A DNA stretch of 64,000 nt from NCBI GenBank assembly GCA_032718475.1, contig JAUCBJ010008281.1, forward strand, positions 39,553 to 103,552, in the 5' to 3' direction. Source of the stretch: Nemertoderma westbladi (taxonomy: Eukaryota > Animalia > Xenacoelomorpha). A model generated the notes under the pieces. It made no database searches. It had not been told where the DNA came from and was given only the letters and a program-made list of their open reading frames with translations. Every line of letters begins with the position of its first letter. Positions within the stretch are counted from its first letter, which is position 1. Positions 40,691-52,474 of this stretch are shown piece after piece. The position numbers and the translations under genes are program-made.

Positions 40691-43600
40691 AAAACAATCT
40701 TCAAAGGGCTGCTGATGGGTTACTTTTCTTGTTATTCGTGTTGTTTTTGTTGTAACACAATATTCAAAGGGCTGCTGATGGGTTTATTTTCTTGTTATTC
40801 TTGTTGTTTTTGTTGTAAAACAATCTCCAAAGGGCTGCTGATGGGTTGCTTTTCTTGTTATTCGTGTTGTTTTTGTTGTAACACAATATTCAAAGGGCGT
40901 TATTCGTGTTGTTTTTGTTGTAACACAATATTCAAAGGGCTGCTGATGGGTTACTTTTCTTGTTATTCGTGTTGTTTTTGTTGTATAACAATCTCCAAAG
41001 GGCTGCTGATGGGTTGCTTTTCTTGTTATTCGTGTTGTTTTTGTTGTATAACAATCTCCAAAGGGCTGCTGATGGGTTGCTTTTCTTGTTATTCGTGTTG
41101 TTTTTGTTGTAATACAATATTCAAAGGGCTGCTGATGGGTTGCTTTTCTTGTTATTCGTGTTGTTTTTGTTGTAACACAATATTCAAAGGGCTGCTGATG
41201 GGTTGCTTTTCTTGTTATTCGTGTTGTTTTTGTTGTATAACAATCTCCAAAGGGCTGCTGATGGGTTACTTTTCTTGTTATTCGTGTTGTTTTTGTTGTA
41301 ACACAATATTCAAAGGGCTGCTGATGGGTTTATTTTCTTGTTATTCTTGTTGTTTTTGTTGTAAAACAATCTCCAAAGGGCTGCTGATGGGTTGCTTTTC
41401 TTGTTATTCGTGTTGTTTTTGTTGTAACACAATATTCAAAGGGCTGCTGATGGGTTTATTTTCTTGTTATTCTTGTTGTTTTTGTTGTAAAACAATCTCC
41501 AAAGGGCTGCTGATGGGTTGCTTTTCTTGTTATTCGTGTTGTTTTTGTTGTAACACAATATTCAAAGGGCTGCTGATGGGTTGCTTTTCTTGTTATTCGT
41601 GTTGTTTTTGTTGTAACACAATATTCAAAGGGCTGCTGATGGGTTGCTTTTCTTGTTATTCGTGTTGTTTTTGTTGTAATACAATATTCAAAGGGCTGCT
41701 GATGGGTTGCTTTTCTTGTTATTCGTGTTGTTTTTGTTGTAACACAATATTCAAAGGGCTGCTGATGGGTTGCTTTTCTTGTTATTCGTGTTGTTTTTGT
41801 TGTATAACAATCTCCAAAGGGCTGCTGATGGGTTACTTTTCTTGTTATTCGTGTTGTTTTTGTTGTAACACAATATTCAAAGGGCTGCTGATGGGTTTAT
41901 TTTCTTGTTATTCTTGTTGTTTTTGTTGTAAAACAATCTCCAAAGGGCTGCTGATGGGTTGCTTTTCTTGTTATTCGTGTTGTTTTTGTTGTAACACAAT
42001 ATTCAAAGGGCTGCTGATGGGTTGCTTTTCTTGTTATTCGTGTTGTTTTTGTTGTAACACAATATTCAAAGGGCTGCTGATGGGTTGCTTTTCTTGTTAT
42101 TCGTGTTGTTTTTGTTGTATAACAATCTCCAAAGGGCTGCTGATGGGTTACTTTTCTTGTTATTCGTGTTGTTTTTGTTGTAACACAATATTCAAAGGGC
42201 TGCTGATGGGTTTATTTTCTTGTTATTCTTGTTGTTTTTGTTGTAAAACAATCTCCAAAGGGCTGCTGATGGGTTGCTTTTCTTGTTATTCGTGTTGTTT
42301 TTGTTGTAACACAATATTCAAAGGGCTGCTGATGGGTTGCTTTTCTTGTTATTCGTGTTGTTTTTGTTGTAGCACAATATTCAAAGGGCTGCTGATGGGT
42401 TGCTTTTCTTGTTATTCGTGTTGTTTTTGTTGTAACACAATATTCAAAGGGCTGCTGATGGGTTGCTTTCTTGTTATTCGTGTTGTTTTTGTTGTAACAC
42501 AACCTTCAAAGGGCTGCTGATGGGTTGCTTTTTTTGTTATTCGTGTTGTTTTTGTTGTAGCACAATATTCAAAGGGCTGCTGATGGGTTGCTTTTCTTGT
42601 TATTCGTGTTGTTTTTGTTGTAACACAATATTCAAAGGGCTGCTGATGGGTTGCTTTTCTTGTTATTCGTGTTGTTTTTGTTGTAACACAACCTTCAAAG
42701 GGCTGCTGATGGGTTGCTTTTCTTGTTATTCGTGTTGTTTTTGTTGTAACACAATATTCAAAGGGCTGCTGATGGGTTGCTTTCTTGTTATTCGTGTTGT
42801 TTTTGTTGTAAAACAATCTTCAAAGGGCTGCTGATGGGTTGCTTTTCTTGTTATTCGTGTTGTTTTTGTTGTAACACAATATTCAAAGGGCTGCTGATGG
42901 GTTGCTTTTCTTGTTATTCGTGTTGTTTTTGTTGTAACACAATATTCAAAGGGCTGCTGATGGGTTGCTTTCTTGTTATTCGTGTTGTTTTTGTTGTAAC
43001 ACAACCTTCAAAGGGCTGCTGATGGGTTGCTTTTTTTGTTATTCGTGTTGTTTTTGTTGTAGCACAATATTCAAAGGGCTGCTGATGGGTTGCTTTTCTT
43101 GTTATTCGTGTTGTTTTTGTTGTAACACAATATTCAAAGGGCTGCTGATGGGTTGCTTTCTTGTTATTCGTGTTGTTTTTGTTGTAAAACAATCTTCAAA
43201 GGGCTGCTGATGGGTTGCTTTTCTTGTTATTCGTGTTGTTTTTGTTGTAACACAATATTCAAAGGGCTGCTGATGGGTTGCTTTTCTTGTTATTCGTGTT
43301 GTTTTTGTTGTAACACAATATTCAAAGGGCTGCTGATGGGTTGCTTTTCTTGTTATTCGTGTTGTTTTTGTTGTAACACAACCTTCAAAGGGCTGCTGAT
43401 GGGTTGCTTTTCTTGTTATTCGTGTTGTTTTTGTTGTAACACAATATTCAAAGGGCTGCTGATGGGTTGCTTTTCTTGTTATTCGTGTTGTTTTTGTTGT
43501 AACACAACCTTCAAAGGGCTGCTGATGGGTTGCTTTTCTTGTTATTCGTGTTGTTTTTGTTGTAACACAACCTTCAAAGGGCTGCTGATGGGTTGCTTTT

Positions 43601-44441
43601 CTTGTTATTCGTGTTGTTTTTGTTGTAACACAACCTTCAAAGGGCTGCTGATGGGTTGCTTTTCTTGTTATTCGTGTTGTTTTTGTTGTAACACAACCTT
43701 CAAAGGGCTGCTGATGGGTTGCTTTTCTTGTTATTCGTGTTGTTTTTGTTGTAACACAATATTCAAAGGGCTGCTGATGGGTTGCTTTTCTTGTTATTCG
43801 TGTTGTTTTTGTTGTAACACAACCTTCAAAGGGCTGCTGATGGGTTGCTTTCTTGTTATTCGTGTTGTTTTTGTTGTAAAACAATATTCAAAGGGCTGCT
43901 GATGGGTTGCTTTCTTGTTATTCGTGTTGTTTTTGTTGTAAAACAATCTTCAAAGGGCTGCTGATGGGTTGCTTTTCTTGTTATTCGTGTTGTTTTTGTT
44001 GTAACACAATATTCAAAGGGCTGCTGATGGGTTGCTTTTCTTGTTATTCGTGTTGTTTTTGTTGTAACACAACCTTCAAAGGGCTGCTGATGGGTTGCTT
44101 TCTTGTTATTCGTGTTGTTTTTGTTGTAAAACAATCTTCAAAGGGCTGCTGATGGGTTGCTTTTCTTGTTATTCGTGTTGTTTTTGTTGTAACACAATAT
44201 TCAAGGGCTGCTGATGGGTTTCTTTTCTTGTTATTCGTGTTGTTTTTGTTGTAACACAACCTTCAAAGGGCTGCTGATGGGTTGCTTTTCTTGTTATTCG
44301 TGTTGTTTTTGTTGTAACACAACCTTCAAAGGGCTGCTGATGGGTTGCTTTTCTTGTTATTCATGTTGTTTTTGTTGTAAAACAATCTCCAAAGGGCTGC
44401 TGATGATGGGTTACTTTCTTGTTATTCGTGTTGTTTTTGTT
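40691..44441. repeat. 63-bp satellite array, about 59 copies
   Basis: Unit AACACAATATTCAAAGGGCTGCTGATGGGTTGCTTTTCTTGTTATTCGTGTTGTTTTTGTTGT, with 62-bp variants. Confidence 0.97.
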
Positions 44442-44639
44442 GTTATTGTTTTCTTGCCAATCTTGCCAACAATGCCTCTTTGCCTCTCAGCTGAAGTGTA
44501 TGCCGTGGTGTCAACCATGTCAACCAACCGGATATTCCAGAATTTTGTAGGATTTAATTCTTGAAAATGAACTATTTTCGGCTGACACAGTCACACAGGC
44601 CCAGGGTTTATAAGAATCAATGGGGTGGACATTATGCTG

Positions 44640-45050
44640 CGAGGCACACAGCCTTATTGGTTCGGACCACATAATCGTGCTGCGGACTAGTTTGATTGAA
44701 AGCCAGCAATCGCAAGACAAGCAAGCGAATCAACTATGACTGGAATACAGTTATAAATGATAATATTGCAGTAAAGTTTGCTTACACAGTAGAAGTTCAA
44801 AACAACTTAGAGTCAGTCAATCAAGACAACTCTTCAGCTTCTATCGACAGGAATGTAATAAAATCCAAAAATGAATCTGTCAAGATACATATTCTGCAAC
44901 CAACAACCGTGCCGTAAACACCAACAAGGTTGGAAAAGCGAAAGAAGTACTCAAAGTGGGTTGCAGCATCAGCCTGGAGAAGTACATAACGGACAAAATT
45001 CATGCAACTGTGAACTCTCACGTACAATAAAGCTACAGTTTACCACTAGC
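44640..45050 (+). mobile_element. Degenerate RTE-type LINE fragment (end of AP endonuclease plus linker)
   Basis: IGSDHIIV (SDH motif), followed after a frame change by YDWNTVINDNIAVKFAYTVEVQNNLESV; stops present. Confidence 0.55.
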
Positions 45051-45740
45051 TTTCGCGAGTAACTTCCATAATTTTTTTTCATTCTGAGACCCTAGATTTT
45101 TATATTTGTTGTGATTGGTCTTTTTTGTAACTAATGCGAGCTTGTCTCATAGAAATCATCATTCAATGATAAAAATAAATTGAACTGATATGGTACAAAT
45201 TGCACACCTGCACTTTAACTCCAGCTATATTATAAAATAATCTTATGTAAAAACATATAACTGCAGTAGTCAGCTGATAAGAAAGGAACATAATGACTGT
45301 AAAATGAAATTAAATATAAAGAATGTAATGTTAAAGTGGCGTCACTATGGGCTCAGATTATGGGTTAAGACGTATGGACGTACATACACATCAGGTTTTT
45401 TTGATTATTGATAGTAACAATGTGTTAGTAAGCTGTATTTAGTGGTGCGAATTAAATATTTATCCACCAATATAATTCACCAAATTACCTTAAATAAAAT
45501 ATGAACTTCTTAATAAGATAGGGTGAGGGGAGTGGGGGAGTGGTTTGGTGCAATCAAAATTTAAACCTCCATGGGAAAAATCAACGCGAGAGAAATAACA
45601 GTCGTTACAAATAAACATCAATCTGTAATAAACAGTGCCATTAAATTTCGCTTATTGCATTGATTAGAATAACATGCCACTATTATACACCTGGTCAGTT
45701 CATATATTAAGCCCTAGCCCTATATATATAATGTAATAAA

Positions 45741-46314
45741 TACTACTTCTACTACTACTAGAATCGGCATGCTGCATTGCAGCTGCATTTTTAAGAATGC
45801 TGTGCCGGCTTGTCAACAAAATTGCACCGCCACAACTCCCTATCACCCATGACATTTGCTAGATCATCCGCATCTTCAAGGCCAGTGTCCTTTAAGATGC
45901 GTCTCAAGAAAGTCATGGGCTGTCCACCATGCTTATTCACTCCATGAGGCTGCCAAAGTACAAGATTATGCACTGGCTGGTCCTCACGGCGAAAGCAATG
46001 TCCTGCAAAGCGGAGGCGATTTTGTTCTAGTGTCAAGCTTGGGGGAACCAATGAGACACCTCCAATGTTATATAGTGTCTGGTTGGAGATGTGTGCATTG
46101 TGTACTTGACACAATGAACCCGGCGTAGCATTCTTGTGAATGTGCCATCCGGAGATTTGGTGTCCTCAGCAGTTAGAGCACAGCATGGACTCCCGTAGAG
46201 GAGTACTGGAACTACTGCTGCTCTAAATAATCGGACCTTAAGTTTCCGATTAATTCTCGGTGACTTCCAAATCCTGGAAAGCCTATTCAAGGCTGCCCAT
46301 GCCTTTCCCTTACG
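45741..46314 (-). mobile_element. RTE LINE 3' fragment
   Basis: Near-identical reverse complement of ~54889-55448 (KVRLFRAAVVPVLLYG, RLRFAGHCFR), one frameshift, (TAG)n tail. Confidence 0.9.
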
Positions 46315-46530
46315 AGAGATTAAGAAATAAAAGATAAGTTATTTTCGGTAAAATAAACTTATCATTCGAGGTAAAGACCCCTAGATCCCTTCCTATAATA
46401 AATGTATAATAACAAACACCTCGAAAAATACAGCTTGCTAACACATTGTTACTATCAATAATAAAAAAAATCAGGGGCTAATAAAATAGCAGCTGGCTTT
46501 GAAATTAATACTCCATATCTCAAGAACCTG

Positions 46531-46586
46531 TGGCCTAGTGGTTGTAGTCTCGGCTTCCACCTCGAGGTCCCAGGTTCGAATCCGAC
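46531..46586 (+). promoter_or_regulatory. tRNA-like internal Pol III promoter (A and B boxes)
   Basis: A-box TGGCCTAGTGG (46531-46541), anticodon-like loop CTTCCAC, B-box GGTTCGAATCC (46573-46583); no acceptor stem. Confidence 0.7.
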
Positions 46587-46629
46587 ACCACGCTGATGAG
46601 ACCCAGTAAGGTCGAAACGCGTACGTGGT
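46587..46629 (+). ncRNA. Minimal type I hammerhead ribozyme
   Basis: ACCACG-CTGATGA-GACC cagtaa GGTC-GAAA-CGCG-TA-CGTGGT: 6-bp stem I, 4-bp stem II, complete core, palindromic short stem III (ACGCGT), predicted cleavage after GUA at 46623. Confidence 0.88.
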
Positions 46630-46639
46630 TTGGAGAGAT

Positions 46640-47190
46640 ATGAGATATGGGGGGGTGTATCAGGTAAAATTTTCAAATTGTTGTTTCTTTATTTAATCTA
46701 GTGCAGAATTTAATGAGGATTACAAATCTGAAAACCGCTTAGTGAGACCTCTTTCAGTTCTCGAGTTATCACTGTTTTTCCGTATGACGGTCTGTCCGTC
46801 AAATTGTAAGAAAGACAGAAGACCGACAGACAGACAGATAGACTAGATTCTACCAAAAATTAAAACTGACGTCGGAAATGAAATCAGCGACTCCGAAAAC
46901 CCCCGTAACGGACACTTTAGCTCGTTCGTGTGCATCGTTCACGCCGGAAATAATTAACCAACCAGAACACAGACAGCCAATTTTGGCGGGATGGTTTAAA
47001 CTTTGAAGGGCATTTTCTCGGAGTGACATTTTTCATTTTCAAATTACTACTTCTCCGTCATTTTTTAACCAATTTTCTTCGTTTATGGCTCATTCAAACG
47101 AGCTTTGGAAGCTCTTTAAAAGTTATCTTATGGAATTTTGATAAATATTACCATTTTTTCTAATTAGCCAATTTTAATTAAAAATATGAT
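46640..47190. mobile_element. DNA-transposon/Helentron(DINE-1)-like remnant
   Basis: (GACA)n microsatellite plus AAAACTGACGTCGGAAATGAAATCAGCGACTCCGAAAACCCC, related to the units at 37875-38460. Confidence 0.45.
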
Positions 47191-47191
47191 A

Positions 47192-48180
47192 GTAACAGAA
47201 GTCGCCCACATGCTCAAGCATACCATCCTTTGAGCTTATGCTCATCCGATCAGAGACTTGCTGAGGACTTCAAAAGTTAACTGTCAAAATTTTGGTCTTT
47301 CTGGAGTTAATAAAAAGACCAACACTAGAAGCAGCATGTTCTAATGAGCTGAGCAGCCGTTGGGCTCCCTCAAGTGATTCTGAGAGTACTCCTAAGTCAT
47401 CAGCAAAGTCTAGATCAGTTAGGTACTTGGCATGATTTCCTCGACTTCTGGAGCCAGTAGGTGGCGTTATCATCACCCCATCATCATAATGATGATCTAA
47501 GGACATGCGTAGAACATATTCAACCACAATTATGAACAAGAATGGTGCAAGTGTGTCTCCCTGGAAGACGCCCCATAACACGTCAAATGGTTCTGTGTCA
47601 CCGTCAACAGTAGACACAAATGTTGTCGAACCATCGTATACTGATCTGATTGCTGCAATAATATCATCAGGAATCCCATATAATGAAAGTATGCTGAACA
47701 TACGTGAGCGAGAGACTGAATCAATAGCCTGGAAGAAGTCAACAAAGATAACAGCCAGATGCCTGTCTTTCTTTTTTGATAACTCTTCAATTATCCTTCT
47801 AAGTACCAAAATGGGCTCCATGGTCCCACGACCTTTACAGAACCCATTCTGATTTCCACGGAGCAGTCTCTCAATGGGACCGCTAATGCGATTTAATAGA
47901 ATTCTATTGTATAGCTTTGCAGCAATCGAGATCAATGAGATTTCCCGAGAAGAACCATAGAGTGTTAGGTCGCCCTTCTTGGGAACTGGCACCAACTTAT
48001 TTGTTTTCATTTCTTGTGGAACTCTTGTTGTTCGGTACATGTCTACTATGATGGGAAAGATGAGCTTTAAACACTCGGGTATTTTAAAGACCTCAGGGGA
48101 ACACCTACTACCATCTACTCCACTGGCAAGATTGGTCTTAATGCTCTTTGCAGCAGCCTTGAATTCTGCAAAGGAGATAT
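47192..48180 (-). mobile_element. RTE LINE reverse transcriptase fragment
   Basis: LVPVPKKGDLT, QNGFCKGRGT, FVDFFQAIDSV, GVFQGDTLAPFLF, LDFADDL; overlaps the 54348-55448 copy with high identity. Confidence 0.92.
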
Positions 48181-49960
48181 CGCTTTATTCTTATTCGCTT
48201 CGTTAATGAATTATATTATTCGCTTCTGCATAGGAGATATTTACGATTATGATAATGTAAAATAGCGGAATCCGAAGACAGAGGGAATCCGAAATGTTAC
48301 ATGTGTAATGATGTGTAATAATGTAATAATTGCCTAGTTTCTAAAGAGATCACTATTTTAAATTAAATTCTCGACATTGCTCAAAAAGTTGCCGGCCAAG
48401 TTGCTAGTAAAATTTCCACTGCGAATAAATTAAGTTGCTCCATAAAAGTTGCTGGTTGCCGACAAAGTTACTCAAAAAGTTGCCACGTTTAAACCGGCCT
48501 TAATAGCTGAAATGCAGTTATCAGAATGTACCCAGACTGATTGTTCGTTTGTTTTTTTGGTTATTGTTGATAGTCAAGCATAAAACATAATTAAAACTGT
48601 CATGTAACCCTAAGTAATAATCTAATAAATTTAGTGGAATTTCGGACATTATTGCCATATCGAAGGAAATTTTCAGTAATATCTCAATTTTTGAATAAAA
48701 TAACGCGCTATACTGCCACACCCTTTCCTTACTTAAGTTAGGATGGATCCTCGGGGAGTTAACGAAACCCTCGGCTTCGCCTCGTGTTTGTTAACTGCCC
48801 TCGGATAAATACTCGTAAAATAACTAAATAACTGGATGATAAATAATGGTATAGGTTGTATTGGACAGTACGATACTGTTAATGAATCTACTGCATTGTA
48901 TTGTTGGTAAGGGGGCCTTTTCCTTTGCATGGAACGGGTTCTGTTCTAAAGTTCTTCTTGTTATTGGCTATTGTGTGATTTTAATATCATTCACTAACAA
49001 GGGCTTGGCTTATTATACTGCATGTTTCATTCAACTTTTAATAACTTGAATACTCTAGTGATTCTTCCTGTCAGGATATCGTAAAGCAGGTTACAGAAGG
49101 TATAACACGAATAGTATTATATAATTATTGATAAAGTTATGCAGTAAATAATACGCCCTAGCCTAGTATAGTGGCTCCCTTCTTTAATTACCTATTATTA
49201 ATTATATTAATATTTTAATTATATTAAAAATATCATGAATCTTTACAAACATAACAACCCATACAATATATCGATTTTTTAGCAGTCTGCATGATGGTTT
49301 AGTTAGAATTAGTTTGAACCAACGTATTTTTTTTAGCTGTCAAATATTTTAATATTTGTTTTTTCTGAACTAACAAGTGCATCTGGTTGTTATGAAAAGA
49401 GAAGAAATTGGGGTGGGTATTTATTGTCGACTAAAAGTCGTTTTAAAAGCACTGTGTATATTACCGCTATTTTGAGCGAATGACACATATCAATCCCAAA
49501 TATCATCAGTTTTATTAATGGTGAGTAGTAGGCCTACTTGGTGAGGCCTATGGTTCGTTCAGACAGTACACATAAATTATATGTATATGTTAAAAGTTCC
49601 CAGCAGAGGACTGTTCGCTGTTAAAGTCCCCCACAGTGGTCTTTTCTTTTGATATGTTCGTATTTATTTTCAAATAAAACAAAATTTAATCAAGCTATAA
49701 CATACCATGAAGCTAATTATTCTAATTATGTATTTTAATTACCCTATCTAATTACGGCTATACACCAATACGACTTATCTAATTATTCTATACTGTATGA
49801 TGGGTTGTTTTTGTACACAACGACATATATCGTAACAGTATAAGTTACGTGTTATAATTTAGTTCACGATGTTTGGTATTTGAACCCAACTTATTTATAG
49901 ATAAGTCACTTTAATTAATTAGGATTGGTGATTGATGTCCCTTTTAAGCTTATAAGTAAG

Positions 49961-50605
49961 ATGAAGAACATTTCGGTAAGAAGAATTGAAGAAAACGATG
50001 ATTTAGAAAGAGTTCAAAATCTCATTTATTTTGGATTACTGGAACTTATCTGGCCATTTTTCAAAAATATTTTACGTCGACCTACATTTTTCGTTCCCGC
50101 TGCTATTCTATTTGGATTTATATTGTGTTTCACCTCCATATTTAACGCTTTCTTTAGTCTGGTGTTTATAATAATTGCCTTTTATCGATGGTTTCGATAT
50201 AATTTGTCTCAAAGGCTTTTTACTAGATTCTGCCGTGGAATGAGCAGTTGGATCTATTATATTGATCATTTTTTCGCAAGATGTGGTGATTTCTGGGTAG
50301 CTACATGTGACGGTAAGATTGTTGGATGTGTTGGCATGGAGATTACAAATAGTGGTGCGCCAATTTTAGTTAGACTCACTACTGACTCTGATTTCCGTGG
50401 ATGTGGGATCGCCACAAAACTAATTGATCATTTGATTATGGAAGCGAGGAGAAAGGGAGTTGATCGTGTATCGCTAGAAACATCAGAAAATCAATCTGCT
50501 GCGATTTCACTTTATGAGAAAACTGGTTGGACACATGTTAAGAGATTTGTGGCACCTTCAACCTTATACACTTTTTATATTAATCGTTATGAAAAGTTTA
50601 TTTGA
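49961..50605 (+). CDS. NAT8: NAT8/camello-like GNAT N-acetyltransferase, single coding exon (214 aa from the first ATG)
   Basis: N-terminal hydrophobic segment, FWVATCDGKIVGCVG, motif A RLTTDSDFRGCGIATKL, motif B LETSENQSAAISLYEKTGW. Family-level call only; orthology not established. Confidence 0.8.
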   Translation: MKNISVRRIEENDDLERVQNLIYFGLLELIWPFFKNILRRPTFFVPAAILFGFILCFTSIFNAFFSLVFIIIAFYRWFRYNLSQRLFTRFCRGMSSWIYYIDHFFARCGDFWVATCDGKIVGCVGMEITNSGAPILVRLTTDSDFRGCGIATKLIDHLIMEARRKGVDRVSLETSENQSAAISLYEKTGWTHVKRFVAPSTLYTFYINRYEKFI

Positions 50606-51089
50606 TACCATTATTAATATCCCAGTATTCATAGATTTCCATCTAGTTATGTGTTGAGTGGTTTTGAATTGGTTATTTATTATTATTGTAAATTGATCTA
50701 AAATTGTTACGTTTTCTATCGGATATACCCCAAAGAGAAAAAGGAATACTTTTTCCATGGGGAAAACATGTAACCCACATTGATTTAACCTTTTTCCCAG
50801 TGAAAAAAGTAGTTTAAAATATTTTTGGGGAATTTCTTAATTTTTTACATGTGTTGAAAGAGCATCGAAGTAGAAAATGTTTGCTCGTAATTTGACCAAA
50901 ATTCATTGAGACACTCAAAAGTTATTGCAACTTTAGAGGACTTTACTTGGGGAAAATTCTTCTTGCGGTACTCCAGCAAGCAGCAGCTGCTGAAAGTGTA
51001 ATACGTGAAAGATACTCCTACAAGGTAGACAGACACTAAGGACACTACAGATAACACATCCCACATAAGAATGATGTTGCAACAACAAT

Positions 51090-51320
51090 GCAAAGGTAAG
51101 GAACCCCTATCTAAATCACTTCTGCTCGTACGGAAAGTCATATCTCTACTAAATATGGGCAAGGCCCCAGACATAAAGTCCCTCACAATAGAACACTTCA
51201 CTCTAATCCAGAAACAACCTCTATGGCTATTCCGAACATACTCAATGTCGGCATACGATTAGGAAGAGGTTCCAAGCTGCTGGGCAACAGTATTATATCC
51301 CACATATACAAAGGTCAACC
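51090..51320 (+). mobile_element. Very degenerate LINE RT N-terminal fragment
   Basis: LNMGKAPDIKSLTIEHF resembles the GKAPG.D....E.L motif; later VPSCW and IISHIYKG in shifted frames. Confidence 0.4.
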
Positions 51321-51587
51321 TGGGGCTGAATACAGATTTAGTCGAAAAAATTAGCCCAAGAATTTGGGTTATATTTTGTGACTCTTTGACCCAAAACTGT
51401 CCGATTTCGGGTAACATTTAAAAAAATTATCGAAGAAAATTTTATTTATAAGTAATTTAATATTCATTTAATACTTATAAATATTAGTGACCAATAAATT
51501 TATTAGCCCATTGATATATCATGGAAATTTGGAGTCTATGTGTTAAAGTAATGCAAAAAAACAAAAATGTAAAAAAATCTATCGATA

Positions 51588-51977
51588 TTGGGATCATGGA
51601 TCCGGAAGTCAGGTGAGAACCTTCGAATACGTAAGGGAAAGGCATGGGAAGCCTTGAATAGGCTTTCCAGGATTTGGAAGTCACCGAGAATTAATCGGAA
51701 ACTTAAGGTCCGATTATTTAGAGCAGCAGTAGTTCCAGTACTCCTCTATGGGAGTCCATGCTGGGCTCTAACTGCTGAGGACACCAAATCTCTGGATGGC
51801 ACATTCACAAGAATGCTACGCCGGGTTCATTGTGTCAAGTACAATGCACACATCTCCAACCAGACACTATATAACATTGGAGGTATCTCATTGGTTCCCA
51901 CAAGCTTGACACTAGAACAAAATCGCCTCCGCTTTGCAGGACATTGCTTTCGCCGTGAGGACCAGCCAGTGCATAAT
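51588..51977 (+). mobile_element. RTE LINE internal fragment
   Basis: Near-identical to ~54848-55236 (LGSWIRKSG...EDQPVHN). Confidence 0.9.
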
Positions 51978-52474
51978 TTTTTGAATTGCAATTACGCAAA
52001 TCGTCAATTTTGCTAGGTGCTGATCAGTCGGCTTAATAATGACAATCATAGTATTAAAATCATGCAAAAGGTTTACGATTTTGGCTGGAACTGTAGGCCT
52101 ACAGTACCGGTAGGCTAAACTTCCGGCAAAATGAAACAATATTAACACATTTTCTACAAAAAGGAATAAGTGACGATAAGCAACACGGTCTCACAAGGAA
52201 TTCACCCCCTTCTAATTAATTTGTTATCTCAGACATTCTCCACCATCCTTCACGGAGATTTTACCCTGCCCCAGGGAAATTTATCCTCATTAGAAATAAA
52301 TTGGCTAATTAGGCTATTATTAATAAAATAAATTTATACCTACATCGGAATAATATAATATATAAGAAGTTTATAACAGATAATAATTTAGTGTTTCATT
52401 GACAGTTTTATTATGAGTATCATCGTCGTATTGATTCCATGACGACGCATTTAAAATTGTTCGAATCGAAATAA

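Noticed and set aside
40607-44564. Cys-rich (metallothionein/keratin-like) and Thr-rich repeat ORFs
   Set aside because: Translations of the 63-bp satellite; 62-bp units shift the frame repeatedly.
46531-46590. tRNA-Gly(TCC) gene
   Set aside because: No acceptor stem and an irregular anticodon stem; better explained as a tRNA-derived head.
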